Source of the DNA: a virus
Taxonomy: Duplodnaviria; Caudoviricetes
IMG/VR virus record: IMGVR_UViG_3300010359_000004
Span: 1-43,369 of that record
Direction: 5' to 3' (one strand)
Length of the DNA: 43,369 bases
Shown: positions 1 through 9,631 of the stretch, in pieces
Numbering within the stretch: position 1 is the first letter of the stretch
Layout of the letters: each line of letters begins with the position of its first letter
Translations under genes and position numbers: made by a program
Notes under the pieces: generated by a model
What the model was told of the DNA's origin: nothing
What the model saw: the letters and a program-made list of their open reading frames with translations, nothing else
The model's database searches: none

Positions 1-565
1 AGCGAAGCATGGTCGGTGCACCGACGACATCAGGCCCGACATTTCCACTCCCAGGATCAGTCGTACCACCTGCGGTCTTGTAGTTCCACGTCCCTGATAC
101 TCCTCCTGACCCTGGAGGCCCCTGCGGACCTGCGGGTCCAGGATCACCTTTTCGCGGCGGACTAGCAGCAACAAACTGGCGGGAGTTACCATCATCATAG
201 TAGACGTAGAGAACACCGTCCGGATCATTACGCCACCAAAGCTGTCCAATTATCGGCGAAGCCGGCGGAGTGGGACCGATCCATGTAGCCGCGCCACCGG
301 CCCCTCCAGCGGACCACACGGTGTCGTAATTGGCGCTCGAACTTTTGGTGAGTACCTGACCGGTAGCACCACCTGTCGGTACACCTTGCCCCGCAGGACC
401 AGTTGGACCTGTCGGACCAGGCGGACCAATACCGGCTGGACCCGGAGGACCTTGAGGACCCGGAGTGCCCGGTCTGAGACGGTTGATTAGATCGTTGGCC
501 CATACCACCACGTCCTCGGCACGAACGAGGCGCGGGTAAATGTTGCTGTAACCGTCAGTACCCAT
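1..565 (-). CDS. Collagen-repeat tail fibre protein, 5' part (runs off window start)
   Basis: Translated by hand. ATG at 565 overlaps the upstream TAA, and the frame is open to position 2: MGTDGYSNIYPRL...GPQGPPGPAG...GVPTGGATGQVLTKSSSANYDTVW...GQLWWRNDPDGVLYVYYDDG...GDPGPAGPQGPPG. Gly-X-Y repeats and a GQVLTK fibre motif are present. Confidence 0.85.
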   Translation of the reverse strand, partial: MGTDGYSNIYPRLVRAEDVVVWANDLINRLRPGTPGPQGPPGPAGIGPPGPTGPTGPAGQGVPTGGATGQVLTKSSSANYDTVWSAGGAGGAATWIGPTPPASPIIGQLWWRNDPDGVLYVYYDDGNSRQFVAASPPRKGDPGPAGPQGPPGSGGVSGTWNYKTAGGTTDPGSGNVGPDVVGAPTMLR

Positions 566-2148
566 TATGGTTTGAACCCAGGTGGTTGCTCCAGAGCCTG
601 ATACGGTCCGCCGGATCTGAATTCTTCAACAAATCCTTGCCAGCGGAATACCGGCTTAGCTGAAGTTTGACGTATACGGAATCGCATCACGTTGCCCGTG
701 ACTTTCCAATCTGCTAAGCCGAAGCCATACACATTCGGCTTTACAATGAATGTTTGCCACGTTCTACCATGATCTATCGAAACTCCCAGTTCGAAGTTAT
801 CAACATCGTTATTGTACATGTAGATCAAAAGCAGGCGTTCGCAGGTTCGTAAGACGAAGGGGCCAATCGGATCAGCTACGCCAATTGGATTGTTAGATTG
901 ATTAGAATAATAGTCCTTTGTCTCAGCAAAACTGTCGATCAGCTCCCCGGTGTTGTAACCTACAATATCTTTGCCGACTGTGATTGTTGAATAATCCTGT
1001 AGGCCAACAATCAGTCTACTAGTACCCTTAGCGCTCATCGACTGCCATGTTGTCATACCCCAGGACCCCCACGTGCCCTGGGCAACTCCCCACGAGTTCG
1101 GAGTAACGGTGAACTCGGCGTCCCCGATAGCAGCGATGTTAGGGAACTTATCTATCATCCATCGGCCCTGCAAGAAATCGAACACGTAGACAAACTGGCC
1201 ACCCAACCACAGCCAGTACTCGTTGGCAGCAGGATAGACCTTGCCAAAGTAAATCTCCCTGCTACCGACCACATCTACGATGTTCTCGAAGGACTTGTAT
1301 AAGTTATCGCCAATGGATTGCAACTGAGATCCATTCCACATCCAGACGTTGCCGTCATTGCCGAGGAAGAATAGCCCTATTCCGTTGCAGTCCACTGTAT
1401 GAGGGAAGATAGTGCCGACATTTGATGTGCGCTGCTCCACAGTGAAGACGGGGGATGTGGTGCCAGTAGGCACAACGTCAGCAAGACTATGTTCGCGCAG
1501 AACCACTAGTCTGTTACCTAGGACTCGCATACCCTGGATCGGTTCCTGCTCGGGCTCGTAAAGATCCACGAATCCGGAGCCTGTGCCGGTCCAGTTAGTG
1601 TGATCGCCGTTAACAGGGTAGCGTATGCGATTCGTCCACGATTTGCCAGCTTCAGCTACGTTTCCGCACATCAGCCGATTGTTGAAGTACTGAACAAATC
1701 TAACATCGGTGGCCGGTATGCTCGGCACTTTGTCTATGAGAGTCGTACTGCCCTTCCAGCGATAAACTCCACCGTTGCGACGCGTAAAGAAGAAGGTATC
1801 TTCACCTACTGTCCAGCTCCAGCGGCCTTGGCCAGTTAGGGCGACGCCACCCACCTCTGTCCATCTCTGCTGATCTCCCGGTGAATTAACGCCCCATTTA
1901 TAGAACTTCTGGTCCGTGATGCAAATGATCCACTTGGTGGTGTCATCTACCGAATAGCGCGCGATAGTTTGAATGTAGCTATCTAGGGGACCTGCCAGCG
2001 CAGCCCTGCCTGGTCCGGGACGAAGCTCGTTAAAACGGAAACGCACGTTTAGCAAGTTGGGCGATTCGCCCTCCTGTATAGCTTCCGCTGGCGCACCATT
2101 GTTCATGCCCCCTATGGGCATGGCGCGGCGTGCGTACGACATTGGCAT
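565..2148 (-). CDS. Podovirus tail nozzle / DNA-stabilisation protein (P22 gp10 / T7 gp12-like)
   Basis: 527 aa, beta-rich. Motifs NLLNVRF, NRIRYP..GD...W and WLWL...VYVFDFLQGRW; lies downstream of the adaptor. Confidence 0.7.
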   Translation of the reverse strand: MPMSYARRAMPIGGMNNGAPAEAIQEGESPNLLNVRFRFNELRPGPGRAALAGPLDSYIQTIARYSVDDTTKWIICITDQKFYKWGVNSPGDQQRWTEVGGVALTGQGRWSWTVGEDTFFFTRRNGGVYRWKGSTTLIDKVPSIPATDVRFVQYFNNRLMCGNVAEAGKSWTNRIRYPVNGDHTNWTGTGSGFVDLYEPEQEPIQGMRVLGNRLVVLREHSLADVVPTGTTSPVFTVEQRTSNVGTIFPHTVDCNGIGLFFLGNDGNVWMWNGSQLQSIGDNLYKSFENIVDVVGSREIYFGKVYPAANEYWLWLGGQFVYVFDFLQGRWMIDKFPNIAAIGDAEFTVTPNSWGVAQGTWGSWGMTTWQSMSAKGTSRLIVGLQDYSTITVGKDIVGYNTGELIDSFAETKDYYSNQSNNPIGVADPIGPFVLRTCERLLLIYMYNNDVDNFELGVSIDHGRTWQTFIVKPNVYGFGLADWKVTGNVMRFRIRQTSAKPVFRWQGFVEEFRSGGPYQALEQPPGFKP

Positions 2149-2840
2149 TAGGACGTTCTCCCGAACATAGCATAGGCAAAGCGTGGGCTAGCACCCAACG
2201 CCGTCGGAGCAATAGTCAAGTTAGCGTTTCCAGATGCATTGGTGACAACGCATCTTAACTGTTGACCCCATCTGGAATCTACCATCGTGTTAACATTAAG
2301 GAATTGGACGTTCGCGCTCCACGCTTGAACCAGCGGATACCACGCACTTCCAGTCCACTGCTGAATGGCTAAAATAGCTCCATATCCGCCGATTGCTCCA
2401 GTGAACTCTATGTAAGAGCTAACTATCCCGATTGCATTGGTCGGCTGTATGATCTGATGATACGCTACGCTGGCGAAGCCTCCCGGATCGTCTATGACAT
2501 AGTCGAACGGAATCTCAATACCGGCACCAGCACCGCATACGAAACCGGTTGAATGCCACAAAATGGTAGCCTGTGCCAATCTGTCGCCTACACCTATCCA
2601 GGCTGAACCATTATCGTACTGGGATTCCTTTCGATCATTATTGAAGTATATACGGCCAACCTGGCCAGCGGCAGGTCTAGCGGCGGTGGTACCGGACGGG
2701 AACTTATGCGTCCCATTTAGATAGTGCTCGAGGCCGACCGATTGCTTGGTGGCCGAGCGAGTTAATCTAATAGCGTCATCGCCCAGGGATACGGGGTCAG
2801 TATCCTTAGGGCTGAATTCGTCCAGAGTATCAAGACCCAT
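2148..2840 (-). CDS. Tail-associated structural protein
   Basis: Likely ATG at 2840. N-terminal P.DTDPVSLGDDAIR tail-attachment-like motif and GTTAARP..G.IYFN.D.....YDNGSAW repeat typical of fibres. Confidence 0.65.
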   Translation of the reverse strand: MGLDTLDEFSPKDTDPVSLGDDAIRLTRSATKQSVGLEHYLNGTHKFPSGTTAARPAAGQVGRIYFNNDRKESQYDNGSAWIGVGDRLAQATILWHSTGFVCGAGAGIEIPFDYVIDDPGGFASVAYHQIIQPTNAIGIVSSYIEFTGAIGGYGAILAIQQWTGSAWYPLVQAWSANVQFLNVNTMVDSRWGQQLRCVVTNASGNANLTIAPTALGASPRFAYAMFGRTS

Positions 2841-3447
2841 ACTCAACCCCTATCGTCGCCTCGCTGTCCGCATCGTCCATTTGGAACGCGTCGAACCGGC
2901 GAGCCAGTTGCAGCTCAGTTAGTTGCTTCTGAGCTTGCGCTTTATCCCACTGCTCGAGGGCTTCCCAGCCTTTGGTTACCGCCATCGTAACTAGAACCTC
3001 ATCCCACTCACGAGTTAGCAAATGAGTGCCACCACCGATAAGTTCTGGCGGACGCATCCGATAGCGAGTAGTCATTTGGTAATCCATGTCGGGTGTCGGG
3101 TAGAGTTCTATCTGATCCTGGAAGCGAGTATACCGCTCGGGTATTCCATCTGTCCGCCACACTCGATCAAACTCGGATGGATCCTTTCTCCTGAGCTTCG
3201 TCTGATACATCTCGTTTCTTATGTCCAGGATGAACCAAAGATCAGGCATAGCTAGTGAGACCTGATAGATGTATATGCCCTGAGATGCTATCCATGAATA
3301 GCTCTTGTCCACTTGAAAGAAAGTGAACCTGGGAGTCATGAGCAATTCAAAGTAAGCATCGTTCAGCCAGGTCAGGATTCGTGTAGATATATCCGACCGG
3401 TTGCCGAGCCTCCAGCTCATCTCCTGCAAGATGCCATTTACATCCAT
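2830..3447 (-). CDS. Head-tail adaptor (tail tubular protein A-like)
   Basis: 205 aa with ILTWLNDAY, GIPERY and IELYPTPD motifs typical of podophage adaptors; consistent position. Confidence 0.7.
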   Translation of the reverse strand: MDVNGILQEMSWRLGNRSDISTRILTWLNDAYFELLMTPRFTFFQVDKSYSWIASQGIYIYQVSLAMPDLWFILDIRNEMYQTKLRRKDPSEFDRVWRTDGIPERYTRFQDQIELYPTPDMDYQMTTRYRMRPPELIGGGTHLLTREWDEVLVTMAVTKGWEALEQWDKAQAQKQLTELQLARRFDAFQMDDADSEATIGVEYGS

Positions 3448-3449
3448 GT

Positions 3450-3713
3450 CTACTCCTGCGGAGCATCAGGATCATCGGGGATGCTAGGATCCTTGCCCTG
3501 ATCCGGCACGCGCTGCTGCGTTGGGAACGGCCGCTCATTTTCGGGCAACCGAAGATCCTGGAAGTAGTCGCTGTGAGCCAAATCATCAGCACATCCAATA
3601 TCAACCAGGACGCCAAACTTGTAGTGTCGAATAGCCTCCGTCTGCGGAAAGTCGAGGCCGCAGATGCCACACTCAAACCAGGAGGATTTAGCTCGTCTGG
3701 CGTACTGGCTCAT
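3450..3713 (-). CDS. Hypothetical protein with CxxC motif
   Basis: 87 aa containing CGICG; packed between structural genes. Confidence 0.6.
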   Translation of the reverse strand: MSQYARRAKSSWFECGICGLDFPQTEAIRHYKFGVLVDIGCADDLAHSDYFQDLRLPENERPFPTQQRVPDQGKDPSIPDDPDAPQE

Positions 3714-3719
3714 ATTGTA

Positions 3720-3741
3720 CGAGTTTTCAGGATGTGAAAAG
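3720..3741 (-). promoter_or_regulatory. Dyad motif CTTTTCACATCCTGAAAACTCG, copy 1
   Basis: Intergenic. On the minus strand it is flanked by TTGACT (3745-3740) and TACAAT (3719-3714) with a 20-nt spacer. Confidence 0.75.
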
Positions 3742-3749
3742 TCAAGGGA

Positions 3750-3908
3750 TTACTTCTTCTTGACCCGAGAGGGCAGACCCTTCTGTTTGGTACCGGCAAA
3801 GTCTTTCAACTGGGACTGTGACATCCCAGTTTGAGTCTTCTTGCCAGCGCGGGCTCGAGCTAGTTCCGCCCCCATGAATCGTTGCTGGGCCTTCGACTTC
3901 GCTGGCAT
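3750..3908 (-). CDS. DUF3008-like small basic protein (52 aa, absent from ORF track)
   Basis: MPAKSKAQQRFMGAELARARAGKKTQTGMSQSQLKDFAGTKQKGLPSRVKKK; matches the MPAKSKAQQ...MS..QL.DFA.TK.KGLP pattern of DUF3008. Confidence 0.8.
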   Translation of the reverse strand: MPAKSKAQQRFMGAELARARAGKKTQTGMSQSQLKDFAGTKQKGLPSRVKKK

Positions 3909-3910
3909 GA

Positions 3911-4066
3911 TTATACCTTCTTGAGGCGAGGATTGGCTTTCTTGGCAGCCGCACTGGCACCACGACTTGATTTAGCCAGGATAGCACCAGCGCGCTCTTT
4001 AGAGACACCTTGCTGCTTCGCGATCTTTGACTGGACCGCCTTGAACCCTGGATGAGCCTTGCTCAT
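3911..4066 (-). CDS. Small Lys/Ala-rich protein (51 aa, absent from ORF track)
   Basis: MSKAHPGFKAVQSKIAKQQGVSKERAGAILAKSSRGASAAAKKANPRLKKV; ATGA coupling with the upstream stop; fills the gap exactly. Confidence 0.75.
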   Translation of the reverse strand: MSKAHPGFKAVQSKIAKQQGVSKERAGAILAKSSRGASAAAKKANPRLKKV

Positions 4067-4341
4067 GAGATACGCTCCTGCATGATTAAAGTGCCACCGC
4101 CACCCGTGGTCGTAAACTTATACCACGGGGACACCGGGCACTTCGTTGGGTCGATTGTAGTTACGTTACCAGCAGTTATCGTCTGTGCGACGGGCGTAGA
4201 CCACGGCCCGGTGCGGTCGATCCCAGCAGCAGCCGTCACCGTGCCAGCCGCCATAAAGATTGATACCGGGATGGCCATACGCCCATCGACGATTGTATCA
4301 CCGCTGGTAGTCATCTTGATTCTATACTGGTGTAGCGCCAT
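4063..4341 (-). CDS. Hypothetical virion-associated protein
   Basis: 92 aa; GAGG SD; in the head gene cluster. Confidence 0.65.
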   Translation of the reverse strand: MALHQYRIKMTTSGDTIVDGRMAIPVSIFMAAGTVTAAAGIDRTGPWSTPVAQTITAGNVTTIDPTKCPVSPWYKFTTTGGGGTLIMQERIS

Positions 4342-4349
4342 CGCTTACC

Positions 4350-5099
4350 TCACGACGTGGTATACGTGAGCCAGTTCGCGGCGGTGTCGAAATGCGGTGT
4401 GGCAGTCGCGTCGATGTACAGAGCCACCGCGGTCATGTGATCCCCAGATCCAAGGATCAGCGCGCCCGATTTACCAGCAGATTCGATCACGAGAGCTTCA
4501 CGACCGTCGTCGTTACCGAACACTGTACGCCCGTCGCGAAGATTGCCAAGGGAACCTGAACCAGCGGGCAACGCAGCCGTGGTGCCCCCGCCAACTTTGT
4601 TCGTAGCGCTTCCGGCCTGCCACGCAGCCTCATCTCCGTAGCAGAAGTACCGGCTGGCACCCTCGACAACGTAGAAGTACATTATCGCCGCACCAGCGTT
4701 ATACATGATCCCGAAGGCTGGTAGGTTCACGTTAGCAGTTACGAGCGGCGGCCCGCAAATCTTGACACTCGAAGACACACGATCGGATCCTAGAATCGTG
4801 ATGCCTCGAACTCGCTCACCGCGCCAGAGCCCCTGTGGCACAGTAGGGCCGATTACGGTGCCGCCGCCCGGGTTGGTCATGACTTCCGTAACTCCGCCCA
4901 TCATCGGAGTTACCGGGTTAGTACCGTTGAGGTACAGGTACGATTCGTGCGGGTTGTTCGCCGATGGGCCTTCAGGGCTAGGACCTCCCTTCCGGCCCAT
5001 CAACAGAATCCCGCAGGTTGATAGTTTCGACAGAATGGCCAGAGCGCTAGGAAAGCGCTCTGTCCCAAGTGCCGAAACCTTGCGCGGGTAGATCGCCAT
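4350..5099 (-). CDS. Hypothetical structural protein after the capsid gene
   Basis: ATG at 5099 overlaps the capsid stop (TAATG); Gly-rich, beta-type, 249 aa. Confidence 0.65.
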   Translation of the reverse strand: MAIYPRKVSALGTERFPSALAILSKLSTCGILLMGRKGGPSPEGPSANNPHESYLYLNGTNPVTPMMGGVTEVMTNPGGGTVIGPTVPQGLWRGERVRGITILGSDRVSSSVKICGPPLVTANVNLPAFGIMYNAGAAIMYFYVVEGASRYFCYGDEAAWQAGSATNKVGGGTTAALPAGSGSLGNLRDGRTVFGNDDGREALVIESAGKSGALILGSGDHMTAVALYIDATATPHFDTAANWLTYTTS

Positions 5100-6007
5100 T
5101 AGACTCCCCCGGATGACCCGTAGAGATTCCTCCACTCCGAGCAGCCGGCGCTGAGACGCTGTGTACACTTGAACTTGGCATCGCCAGTGTCGAAGTCGTC
5201 ACCGTTCTGCAAGGTGATCTCGCGGCGGTTGAACATGACCAGGCTGTCGGTGTCCTTCGGTCCGATCACCCACCACGCATCCGGATCGGTCAGATACCGG
5301 GACCAGATCGGGGTCAGCCTACCCTTGAGGGGGTTGACCTCGTTGTTCGCCGTGAACGGTCTGTACTCGGACTCAAGCAGCTCCGTCACGAGGAATAGAT
5401 CGGATGGGTGGAACAGCAGGGTTTGCGGCTCGATGTCGATGGGCAGCCGCTGATCGTCAACCATCGTGTTGAAGTTGAGAATAGCGGCTTCCAACGCGGC
5501 GTAGCTGATATCCACATCGTTCGTCGGCCGGTTGGCCAGCGTGCCGCCGCCAAGGAGGTTGTGCGTGGTTCCGACGAGAGGCTGCAGGACGCCTTTCTTC
5601 GGGAAGCCATACTCAGTGGTGAAGGAGTTGTTCAGCACATTGAAGCAGAGGATTTCGCGGGCCACCAGAGCCGAGCGCTTGAGGGCGCGCGAATTCTTCT
5701 GAATCACCGAGTACAGATCGTCTTCGAGCATCTCTTCGGTAGCACGGAACCCGAGACCGAAGGTGAGGTGAGTGAAGCGCTTCGGCTCGCCCTGGATCAT
5801 GTCTTGGTAGATGATCGGTGAGCCCTGAGGCTTTTGAGGTTGGACTCCGAGCGCGGCCACCTCGAGGTTCTCTTCCCATGCCCGCTTGGATGTTTCGATC
5901 GTAAAGATTTTCCCGTACTCCGTCGGAGCATCTTTCTTGTAGAGGAAGAAGACGTTCCGGATACCAGGTACGAGTAACCTACTAAATGCACCAGTTACGG
6001 CTGCCAT
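5099..6007 (-). CDS. Major capsid protein (HK97 fold, Mu gpT-like)
   Basis: 302 aa with TFGLGFRATEEMLEDD, YLTDPDAWW and DFDTGDAKFK.TQR.SAG.SEWR..YGS motifs; follows scaffold and decoration genes. Confidence 0.88.
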   Translation of the reverse strand: MAAVTGAFSRLLVPGIRNVFFLYKKDAPTEYGKIFTIETSKRAWEENLEVAALGVQPQKPQGSPIIYQDMIQGEPKRFTHLTFGLGFRATEEMLEDDLYSVIQKNSRALKRSALVAREILCFNVLNNSFTTEYGFPKKGVLQPLVGTTHNLLGGGTLANRPTNDVDISYAALEAAILNFNTMVDDQRLPIDIEPQTLLFHPSDLFLVTELLESEYRPFTANNEVNPLKGRLTPIWSRYLTDPDAWWVIGPKDTDSLVMFNRREITLQNGDDFDTGDAKFKCTQRLSAGCSEWRNLYGSSGGV

Positions 6008-6008
6008 T

Positions 6009-6467
6009 TCAGTTCCCCGCCGCCGTGCGCGTGGACGCGGCTAGTCTGAAGTAGACAGTCTGAAGCTGTGCGAGTGAGCTGTACGGACCGATACCGGTGA
6101 TGATGCAGGTGCCCGTTGTGCCCTGGGACGTGTTGTCCACGATCCAACCTAGGGTGCCATCCTTCACCAAGTTGTACGTGTCACCGACGATTGTGTCGGT
6201 CTTCTGCGCGCCCTTCATCACCGACTGCATAGTGATGTCATCTGTGTTGACCACGTAGACGACTTTGTTGGCCGGATCACGCACCGCGTAGTTGTGACCC
6301 GCCTCTTGGGCAAATCCAGCGAACGGCCCCGCCGCAGCAGCTTCCGCAATGCCTGTGGCGAGAGCAAAGGTTAGTGGTGCCCCCACTTCGAACGTCTGGG
6401 TGATCGCTTCCATTCGGCTGTCTAGGAAGGGCGGTCCACCAGTCGTCGACTGAGCTATCTGAAGCAT
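6009..6467 (-). CDS. Putative capsid decoration/cement protein
   Basis: 152 aa, Ala/Gly/Thr-rich, immediately upstream of the capsid gene. Confidence 0.55.
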   Translation of the reverse strand: MLQIAQSTTGGPPFLDSRMEAITQTFEVGAPLTFALATGIAEAAAAGPFAGFAQEAGHNYAVRDPANKVVYVVNTDDITMQSVMKGAQKTDTIVGDTYNLVKDGTLGWIVDNTSQGTTGTCIITGIGPYSSLAQLQTVYFRLAASTRTAAGN

Positions 6468-6470
6468 AGC

Positions 6471-6917
6471 TTAGCCTTTCTTACCAGAGGTTGATTCGTT
6501 AAATTCGCTCTCGGTCATTGATCCGGAGTAAGAGCCCTTGCCCTCCTCCTTGTAGGCGCCCGAGGCCTCGCCCCGGAACTGAGCTTCTACCGCTGATATC
6601 GAGCGGCGCTCTTTTAGAGCTTCGTTTCGGCGGACAATTTTCTGAAATTTGTCCTCCGGGATGCGAGCCAGCACGACATCGCTGAATCGGCGGGTCGTAT
6701 CTAGCTGCGCACCCTTCTTTAAAGGCGTGGATTCGGTGATGACGAGCTGTTCTTCGGCCTCCGAGCCCACGATTTCATAGCCAACCGCCTTTTTGGCGGC
6801 CAGATTGCGTTCGTTCACGTTCAAGAACCTGTATCGGAACCCTGGTTTGGGATTTTTAACTTCAAAGGGCTTAAATTGGTCCTGATCCAACTCGTCGGTA
6901 AGCAATTCGATGGACAT
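6471..6917 (-). CDS. Hypothetical head-module protein
   Basis: 148 aa with PGFRYRF...GYEIV...DVVLARIP pattern, between scaffold and capsid. Confidence 0.65.
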   Translation of the reverse strand: MSIELLTDELDQDQFKPFEVKNPKPGFRYRFLNVNERNLAAKKAVGYEIVGSEAEEQLVITESTPLKKGAQLDTTRRFSDVVLARIPEDKFQKIVRRNEALKERRSISAVEAQFRGEASGAYKEEGKGSYSGSMTESEFNESTSGKKG

Positions 6918-6919
6918 GA

Positions 6920-7645
6920 CTAAAAGATGTCCTCACTTTCGCCCTTTTCCTCGGGAGTTCGGTTCTTGATCCACTCTTCCTCGGTCATATTGAAACCTTT
7001 AGCAACCGACTTTTCTAGTTCACTCATCCTATATCGGCCACCCCGCCCAGCCCCACCACCCGAGGACGAGCCGCGACCTTCAAGTTGGGACTTCTTATCG
7101 GCTTCTTCTTTGGCTTTCATGCGCTTTTCGACGATTTGCTCGATGTGTTTGGCCTTGATGTAGTTGAGACCCTCTTCCCAGGAGCCTGGCTTTGCCTTTG
7201 TAGACATGCTCATGGGGCTCATGAAGGCATCAACTTCCTTGCCGTAGTCGTCCCAGTCATCCTTATTGCGATCGATGAACGCTTGCCGATTCATTTTGGC
7301 TTGCACATCGAGGTGATCGTGAAGAATAGGACCCATTCGAGCAGCGAAGTGTCTGTCGAGGAGCCCGACGGGGTTATCCTTGAACTCTTGGAGTAACTCT
7401 TCGGGGGTTGCGTCTTGGCTTTGCTGCTGGGCTGGAGCTTGGTTTGCCGCTTCGTTTTGCCCGAGACGGGCGACGAGATCGACGAGGTATCGCTTCGCCT
7501 GATCCGCGTCCGCCGACGACGATTTGGCACGGGCCTCCGCCTCTACTAGTCGGGTCTGCAACTGCTCGACAGTAGGCTGCGGGGTAGCCGGAGCTTCGCC
7601 TTCACTAGGTTGTGTCGTATTCGCCGGAGTCGTATCGTCTGGCAT
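6920..7645 (-). CDS. Capsid scaffolding protein
   Basis: Low-complexity N-terminus, coiled coil, C-terminal MSELEKSVAKGFNMTEEEW motif; between portal and capsid. Confidence 0.75.
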   Translation of the reverse strand: MPDDTTPANTTQPSEGEAPATPQPTVEQLQTRLVEAEARAKSSSADADQAKRYLVDLVARLGQNEAANQAPAQQQSQDATPEELLQEFKDNPVGLLDRHFAARMGPILHDHLDVQAKMNRQAFIDRNKDDWDDYGKEVDAFMSPMSMSTKAKPGSWEEGLNYIKAKHIEQIVEKRMKAKEEADKKSQLEGRGSSSGGGAGRGGRYRMSELEKSVAKGFNMTEEEWIKNRTPEEKGESEDIF

Positions 7646-7868
7646 CTTCCTTCTCCACCATTTCTGCTGCTACATTGGTTTTCAAGGCGATTAGCTCATC
7701 GAGCACCTTGATACCTGCTCTAGTTTCAAGGAACTGTTCCCAATTACTGGACTGGAGGAGCTCCTCCACCGCCTGCGCCCGGAGGGAGCATAGGAGGTCC
7801 TGGAACGCCTGGCCCGCCGGGTCCTGGAGGGCCTCCCATAGTTCCCGGAGGTCCTGGTGGTCCGCCAT
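7605..7868 (-). CDS. Small helical protein after portal
   Basis: 87 aa with AGGAGG SD; overlaps both the portal tail and the scaffold start. Confidence 0.65.
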   Translation of the reverse strand: MADHQDLRELWEALQDPAGQAFQDLLCSLRAQAVEELLQSSNWEQFLETRAGIKVLDELIALKTNVAAEMVEKEDARRYDSGEYDTT

Positions 7869-9630
7869 TCGGTCCTCCTGGCATCATTCCAGGTTGCGGA
7901 GGAGGCTGGAACGATTGCATTATATCCGGTATGTCGACCGGAGGTTGATCGAACGTGTTCATGGTCCGCTTGACCAGCTCGGTGAGAGATTCCATGTAAT
8001 TAGAAGTATATTCCTTCACCGGCGGCGGTACTTGTGGATTTGCTAGAAGCATAGCGGCCTGTTGGCCTGCTTGCATATTTTGGGTCAGGATTTGTAGTAG
8101 TTGCAATAAGCCGGCTTGTTCCACCTGCTTGTTAATCGTTGCACTCGAGGCAGTTAGTTCAAAGCCCAACATGTTGGTGATGATCTCATCTGGCATGTCG
8201 AACGCAAACTCGGTCATGGCTCCTTGTGGTCCTTGGGTAAGGTAACTGAGTCCTTTCGGTCGATACTGGTGATTAAGCTCGAACAACATGCGACCAATAA
8301 GCCCATAAGACTCGCGCATATCTCTGACGTTAAGGTCGAATCGCCGGTTACCTTCCTGAATAATAGCCAGAGTTCCCGTTGCCGTCGCGCGATCTCCAAT
8401 GACTGAGGACTCTCGGCCCAGCGAGTAATCACTGATTCCAGATCGTCTTTCGGCATAGGCCATCACCGAGACTTCTAGCTGCCGCATCGAGTTATACACC
8501 TCACCCATCTGCATCACTTTGATGTCAGATTCTGGGTTCGGTGTTGTAAGGAACCTCCCGGGCCATATACGGGTGTCGGCTTTGACTACACCACGCTTTC
8601 CAAGGAACCAACGAGTGTTAGCTAGGGTCGCGTTGTCGAGCTGCTGGCAGTGTATGGTCGATACCTCGTCCTGCATAAACTTCAGTTGGTCGACGATACC
8701 GTAACCTTCGGTCTTCGACCCACGCAATTCTACGAACCTTGTCTTGACGAAAGGCAAGCCGCCCATGAACAAGGGATTGTAGATGCACCTCATGATAGTC
8801 TTGGTAGGGCGGTGGTACGTGACTACAATATGGACCGGGGGTTTCCGAGGACCTTCTAACGGGAATTTGATCCATAGCTCATAGAACCGATTGAGCTTTA
8901 CTCGATATGCGTTCTCGTAGTTACGAGTGGCTGCCCGGCGCTCTTGCGGGTTTTCCTTGGAGTCGATAACAGTCTCGACGTCACTATAGATTCTATCCAA
9001 CTGCTTGAGCCGCAAATCACCGTCGGTGCAGTCGATAATCTGGCCCATCCACTCCGCGTCATACGGATTGTCGACGCCAACCTGCTGAAGCATGGAAGTA
9101 ACAGGAATGTAATAGACATTCGGCTTCTTGCTGATTACGTCGTAGTAGCCGCTGGCTTGCGGATTCCAAACCCGGCGAGATTGTATTTCCCAAATGATTT
9201 TGAGCCAGGACCAACCTAGCTGGACCGTTTCGATGGCGTTCGACTTGACGGCGGTGTACATGTCGAACTCGGTTTGTCGGGACCACTCCATCTGTCCTTC
9301 CACGGATTTAGCAATATCCGCCATACGAGGGTTGATGGCACGTACGGTCCAGAAAGGCTGAACCCCGAAGACCGTGTTGACGATCCTAGCCACGATGGAG
9401 TCCACGGTGATACCAATTGAGGGAATGACGAGATTAGCGGCTCCTCTCCATGGGAAAGTTTTGACCTTTGCTTTTGGCTCAGCTTTATAGAACCGATCGC
9501 ACTCGTCCACCCGATCACACAGTGCATCGTTAGCATTTAGAGACTCCTCTAGTTCGGGATCTATGTACTCAGTCAAACGCTTCACCTGATCACTGGTCAA
9601 GCGAACATCAATACCGGGCGATGCCTCCAT
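7744..9630 (-). CDS. Portal protein
   Basis: ~628 aa with FPWRGAANL, GYGIVDQL, ERRSGISD and ATATG motifs and a Pro/Gly-rich tail; GGAGG SD 8 nt before ATG 9630. Confidence 0.88.
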   Translation of the reverse strand: MEASPGIDVRLTSDQVKRLTEYIDPELEESLNANDALCDRVDECDRFYKAEPKAKVKTFPWRGAANLVIPSIGITVDSIVARIVNTVFGVQPFWTVRAINPRMADIAKSVEGQMEWSRQTEFDMYTAVKSNAIETVQLGWSWLKIIWEIQSRRVWNPQASGYYDVISKKPNVYYIPVTSMLQQVGVDNPYDAEWMGQIIDCTDGDLRLKQLDRIYSDVETVIDSKENPQERRAATRNYENAYRVKLNRFYELWIKFPLEGPRKPPVHIVVTYHRPTKTIMRCIYNPLFMGGLPFVKTRFVELRGSKTEGYGIVDQLKFMQDEVSTIHCQQLDNATLANTRWFLGKRGVVKADTRIWPGRFLTTPNPESDIKVMQMGEVYNSMRQLEVSVMAYAERRSGISDYSLGRESSVIGDRATATGTLAIIQEGNRRFDLNVRDMRESYGLIGRMLFELNHQYRPKGLSYLTQGPQGAMTEFAFDMPDEIITNMLGFELTASSATINKQVEQAGLLQLLQILTQNMQAGQQAAMLLANPQVPPPVKEYTSNYMESLTELVKRTMNTFDQPPVDIPDIMQSFQPPPQPGMMPGGPNGGPPGPPGTMGGPPGPGGPGVPGPPMLPPGAGGGGAPPVQ

Positions 9631-9631
9631 C

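Noticed and set aside
228-503. 91-aa Ser/Arg/Trp-rich ORF
   Set aside because: Alternative frame of the collagen-repeat fibre gene.
3742-4008. 88-aa ORF from the track
   Set aside because: Two coupled small ORFs in other frames (3750-3908, 3911-4066) explain the region better.
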